Shown here one piece after another: positions 60,469 to 64,000 of a stretch of 64,000 nucleotides of DNA; the stretch's first letter is position 1; each line of letters opens with the position of its first letter. This DNA comes from Thermoflexia bacterium (GTDB lineage: Bacteria; Chloroflexota; Anaerolineae; B4-G1; SLSP01): contig DUEJ01000002.1 in assembly GCA_011192175.1 (NCBI GenBank), positions 26 through 64,025 on the forward strand, in the 5' to 3' direction. Under the pieces are notes generated by a model. That model did no database searches and was not told the DNA's origin. It saw only the letters and a program-made list of their open reading frames with translations. The position numbers were made by a program, and so were the translations under genes.

Positions 60469-62055
60469 ATGAGAAACCTCTATAAAACTAGCGGCATAGC
60501 CATAATGTTGGCGATACTGACAGGGGCGTTGTTCGTGTTCACTGTCAGCGCGGGGGAGAAAACGCCTCCCTACGTGGTCGCCATGCAGAGCACCGGGGCT
60601 AACAGTAACCCCAGTCGCGTGGCCGTTGATGCCAGCACCCGCCGGGCTTATGTGCTGGATACTCAGTATAAGCTCTGGATATTCGAGGGCGTCAATGACC
60701 CAATTTCTCTACCAATAGGCCGGCCAGCTGAGATCGCAGTGGATCCTGAGCATTACATCTACGTCACCAGTGACATCCCCCACAATCCCCTTTCGATATT
60801 AAAAGGCACTGAAAAATTTGGCACCATCTCGCTGGGTGAGAGAGCCGCCGGCGCGGTTGCGGTGTTGACCAGTACGCATAGTGCCTATGTCGCTCTCCCC
60901 CAGCACAGCAGGATCGTGATGCTCAGCGGTGATCCCCCCACCTTGACCGCTGAAATCACGGTGGGCGTTAACCCAGTAGCCATCGCCGCCAATCCCAGCA
61001 ACGAGCAGGTCTATGTGGTTAACAGGGGGGATCATACCGTCTCTATCATTAAGAACGGGGTTGTTACTCAAACCGTCACGGTAGGCATCACGCCCACGCA
61101 TGTGGCGGTGAACCCGGTCACGAACTATGTTTATGTTTCCAACAGCGGTGATGATACCGTCACCGTGATAAGCGGAGATACTCACGCTACCAGCACTATA
61201 GCTGTGGGAGATGAGCCAGGAGATATTGCCATCAACCCCAGATCGGGGGACGTTTACGTTATCAATGAGGGCGCAACTGGTTCTTTGAGTGTCTTGCGCG
61301 GCGCCACGCTCCTGCAGACCAAAATGCTGCCAGATTCTCCCCATGCCGTGGACGTGAATCCGGCGACTGGTTACGTCTACGTGGTGGGCGGCGAGGACGA
61401 CGCTGGCACGATCACGGTCTTGAGTGCCACGTTGGCTTCGGAGACTTACGTGCCCATTGGCCACGCGCCGCACGATATCGCGGTACTGCCCGGCGTCGAA
61501 GGAGATTTTGCCTACGCGGCCATGTACAAGGGTACCGGTGGTGATGATGAGGGACGGGTGGTGATTCTGGGTCGCAGTGAAGCTACCAGAGTGGTACTCG
61601 AAGATGGCGAACCAGCCACCATGAACTGTGCTGGGGTCAATGCTCTCTCCATCACCCTCCAAATTCCAGCCCAGACCATCACGGAGAATGTGGATTTAAT
61701 TTGTAGCGCTTGGGAACCGGAAACTCTGCCGCATTATCAATTCGCCGGCCAGGGGTTTATCCTAAAAGCTTACCAGCAAGGTCAATACCGATCTGGCTTT
61801 GGGTTCGATCCAGCCATCACCATGGGCGTCAATTACCCGCCACCCCATCCCGCTAGCCTGGAGGCGGAGTTGGAGCTACGTTTTGGTATTCCTGGTGGAG
61901 AATGGAGCGCTGCCGGCATCGCTTTGCTTTCGCCGCCGGCCTACAGCACGCTGACGGTCACGTTGAACTACCTGCCAGCAGATTCGTTGGCGGGTTATGC
62001 GGTCGTCATACCCCGTACCTTTCTCTACTTGCCGCTGGTCATGCGCGGAGCGTAG
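60469..62055 (+). CDS. exported YVTN-family beta-propeller repeat protein ending in YLPLVMR motif
   Basis: Signal peptide, then repeats YVVNRGDHTVSII, YVSNSGDDTVTVI, VYVINEGATGSLSVL, YVYVVGGEDD. C-terminus is RTFLYLPLVMRGA. Confidence 0.8.
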   Translation: MRNLYKTSGIAIMLAILTGALFVFTVSAGEKTPPYVVAMQSTGANSNPSRVAVDASTRRAYVLDTQYKLWIFEGVNDPISLPIGRPAEIAVDPEHYIYVTSDIPHNPLSILKGTEKFGTISLGERAAGAVAVLTSTHSAYVALPQHSRIVMLSGDPPTLTAEITVGVNPVAIAANPSNEQVYVVNRGDHTVSIIKNGVVTQTVTVGITPTHVAVNPVTNYVYVSNSGDDTVTVISGDTHATSTIAVGDEPGDIAINPRSGDVYVINEGATGSLSVLRGATLLQTKMLPDSPHAVDVNPATGYVYVVGGEDDAGTITVLSATLASETYVPIGHAPHDIAVLPGVEGDFAYAAMYKGTGGDDEGRVVILGRSEATRVVLEDGEPATMNCAGVNALSITLQIPAQTITENVDLICSAWEPETLPHYQFAGQGFILKAYQQGQYRSGFGFDPAITMGVNYPPPHPASLEAELELRFGIPGGEWSAAGIALLSPPAYSTLTVTLNYLPADSLAGYAVVIPRTFLYLPLVMRGA

Positions 62056-62115
62056 CCCTCCAACAAAACTCCCCCAGATGATTGTTCATCTGGGGGAGTG
62101 CGTTTGCTTTGCAGC

Positions 62116-63459
62116 CTATGGATAGATACGGTTTAATGTCCGGGGGAAAGGGATGGTCTCGCGGATGTGGTTGATGCCGCAGAGCCAAGTAACCGTGCGC
62201 TCCACGCCCAGTCCGAAGCCGCTATGGGGAACGCTCCCATACTTACGCAACTCGATGTACCACTTGAACGCTTCCTCCGGCAACTCGTGCTCATGGATGC
62301 GTTGCAGCAAGAGCTCCGGATCGGAGATACGCTCGCTGCCCCCGATGATCTCACCGTAGCCCTCCGGGGCCAGCAGATCAACACTCTTGGAGACCTCCGG
62401 GCGGCCTGGCCACGGCTCCATGTAAAAAGCCTTTGCCTCCGTGGGATAGCCGTAAACGAAAACCGGCTTCTCGAAGAGTTTGGTCAGTTCCGTCTCGTGC
62501 GGTGAGCCAAAATCCTCTCCCCACTCGATCTGCAACCGTTCCTTGAGCTCTGGGTCAGTGGTCGCTTCCCGGATCTCGGTGAGTTTCTCCAGAGCCTCAT
62601 CGTAGGAGATGCGGGGGAACGGTGGCGTGATCTTCTCCAGCTGACTTATATCGCGGCCTAGAGCGGTTAACTCCGCGGCGCGCTCACTTAACACCCGTTG
62701 CACGATGTGCGAGACAAACTGTTCCTCGATTTCCATCAGCTCATCTAGCTCACAGAACGCCATCTCCGGCTCCACCATCCAGAACTCGGTGAGATGCCGG
62801 CGGGTCTTGGACTTCTCCGCGCGGAAAGTGGGGCCAAAGCAGTAAACCTTCCCCAGCGAAAAGATGTTGGCCTCGTTATAAAGTTGTCCGGTCTGCGCCA
62901 GATAGATAGCGTCACCGAAGTAATCCACCTCAAAGAGCGTGGACGTCCCTTCTCCGGCCGCCGGCGTGAGGATCGGCGTATCCATATTGATGAAGCCGTG
63001 TTGATCTAACCACTCGCGGATGGCGCTGATGATGGTCGCGCGGATGCGCAAAATCGCCCACTGGCTGGGCGTCCGAATCCAGAGATGCCGGTTCTCCATC
63101 AGAAAGTCGGTGCCGTGTTCCTTGAGCGTGATAGGATAATCTTCAGCGCTCGCCTGTACCACCTCGAAGCCGGTGACGCCTAATTCATAACCGCCGGGCA
63201 CGCCAGGGGCGCGGTCATCCGCCCGTACCTGCCCCGTGATCCGCACCGAGGATTCCTGCGGAATATGCGCCATGCTTTCAAATACCTCAATGACCAGATC
63301 ATTTTTGAAAGCTACACATTGTACAAACCCAGACCCATCCCGCACCAAGAGAAAGACCAATTTTCCCTTGTGCGTGCGGTTGTAAACCCAACCCTGAATA
63401 GTAACTTCCTCTGCTACGTGCTGTGCAATTTCTTCAATTCTAACCATAGGGGCTGACAT
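62116..63459 (-). CDS. asnS: asparagine--tRNA ligase
   Basis: Class IIb aaRS: OB fold at the N-terminus, motif 2 FRAE, and a C-terminal [10 protein letters not shown]...[10 protein letters not shown] ending characteristic of AsnRS. Confidence 0.8.
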   Translation of the reverse strand: MSAPMVRIEEIAQHVAEEVTIQGWVYNRTHKGKLVFLLVRDGSGFVQCVAFKNDLVIEVFESMAHIPQESSVRITGQVRADDRAPGVPGGYELGVTGFEVVQASAEDYPITLKEHGTDFLMENRHLWIRTPSQWAILRIRATIISAIREWLDQHGFINMDTPILTPAAGEGTSTLFEVDYFGDAIYLAQTGQLYNEANIFSLGKVYCFGPTFRAEKSKTRRHLTEFWMVEPEMAFCELDELMEIEEQFVSHIVQRVLSERAAELTALGRDISQLEKITPPFPRISYDEALEKLTEIREATTDPELKERLQIEWGEDFGSPHETELTKLFEKPVFVYGYPTEAKAFYMEPWPGRPEVSKSVDLLAPEGYGEIIGGSERISDPELLLQRIHEHELPEEAFKWYIELRKYGSVPHSGFGLGVERTVTWLCGINHIRETIPFPRTLNRIYP

Positions 63460-63480
63460 GATGCTCCTCCTAATAATTTT

Positions 63481-63522
63481 AGACCTTTGACCTTAGACCT
63501 TAGACTTCTGACCTTCGACGTC
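63481..63522. repeat. 7-nt periodic array (AGACCTT-type) x6
   Basis: Reads agacctt tgacctt agacctt agacttc tgacctt cgacgtc. It spans the stop and last codons of the DedA gene. Confidence 0.8.
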
Positions 63523-64000
63523 TTTACTCTGCTGGCGCAAACGACTGACTACAAAGGCTCCCCCGGCCACGACCGCCAACACGAGCACTATTTTTTCGTA
63601 ACGGCCTACCCACTCCATGACCAGCGGCCAATTCTTACCCAGTAAATAACCGGCCAGAGCCAGCAGAAAACTCCAGAGCGCCGTACCTATAGCGGTGTAG
63701 AGATTGAAGCGTCCCAAATTCATGCCGGCGATACCGGCTGGAATGGAAACTAGGCTCCGCACAATCGGCACCATGCGTCCAAAGAAGATCACATGTTCCC
63801 CGTACCGTGCGAACCAATCCAGCGCAGTATCAAAGTCTGCCTCCGTCAGCAGCATCCATTTCCCATAACGGCGTAAAAGTTCGCGTACCCGTTGCTCGCC
63901 GAACCAGTACCCCAGCCCGTAGAAAACCAGCGCGCCGCTGACCGAGCCGAGCGCTCCCACCAGCGTCACTCCCCACAACGTGAAGTTTCCTTCTTTCTCA
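63493..64000 (-). CDS. DedA-family membrane protein; N-terminus lies beyond the window end
   Basis: YGEHVIFFGRMVPIVRSLVSIPAGIAGMNLGRF. The frame stays open upstream of the track's TTG start through nt 64000. Confidence 0.75.
   Translation of the reverse strand, partial: EKEGNFTLWGVTLVGALGSVSGALVFYGLGYWFGEQRVRELLRRYGKWMLLTEADFDTALDWFARYGEHVIFFGRMVPIVRSLVSIPAGIAGMNLGRFNLYTAIGTALWSFLLALAGYLLGKNWPLVMEWVGRYEKIVLVLAVVAGGAFVVSRLRQQSKDVEGQKSKV

Noticed and set aside
63460-63492. T-box or other leader upstream of asnS
   Set aside because: Only 33 nt separate the asnS start from the preceding gene's stop, which is too short for a T-box. asnS is probably co-transcribed or has a minimal promoter.

Overview
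64-kb, mostly high-GC bacterial chromosomal segment; hand counts of sampled 60-nt lines give about 58-70% GC. Gene content and signals suggest a Chloroflexota-like organism (inference only): mevalonate kinase next to isopentenyl-phosphate kinase, GAAC-N4-GTTC SOS boxes, GT39/YfhO/polyprenyl-phosphate-GT2 envelope glycosylation genes, a sortase, and many TPR/PD40/YVTN exported proteins. I can support about 65 protein-coding genes, two of them cut by the window edges, plus one tRNA-Pro(UGG). There is one IS256-family insertion sequence with 24-nt imperfect terminal inverted repeats, and several near-consensus sigma-70 promoters and intrinsic terminators. The window is also unusually rich in short dispersed repeats: 8-nt and 7-nt periodic arrays, clusters of GC-rich mini-hairpins, and two longer intergenic repeat families. 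Main hunt results follow. (1) A low-GC two-gene cassette at 29.3-30.8 kb (ABC/AAA_21-type ATPase plus a 176-aa partner with a restriction-endonuclease-like signature) lies between the two arms of what reads as a split terminator hairpin; it is a candidate uncharacterised defence module. (2) A tightly coupled four-gene operon at 53.7-55.7 kb (domain-minimal FtsK/SpoIIIE-type ATPase, small membrane protein, two small proteins) sits behind a consensus promoter carrying two identical AGAAC-N4-GTTCT LexA-type boxes. (3) A YfhO-type GT-C glycosyltransferase is fused to a MOP/Wzx-type flippase and coupled to a polyprenyl-phosphate GT2, with an in-frame 6 x 8-nt repeat array inside the fusion gene. 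(4) A Roadblock/LC7 - V4R - receiver/degenerate-GGDEF operon has no kinase or GTPase. (5) Two exported proteins share a C-terminal [FY]LPLV[LM]R tail. (6) Ribosomal protein L31 is fused to an RNA-polymerase-alpha-CTD-like domain. All functional calls rest on motifs I could read in the translations. No database search was run.
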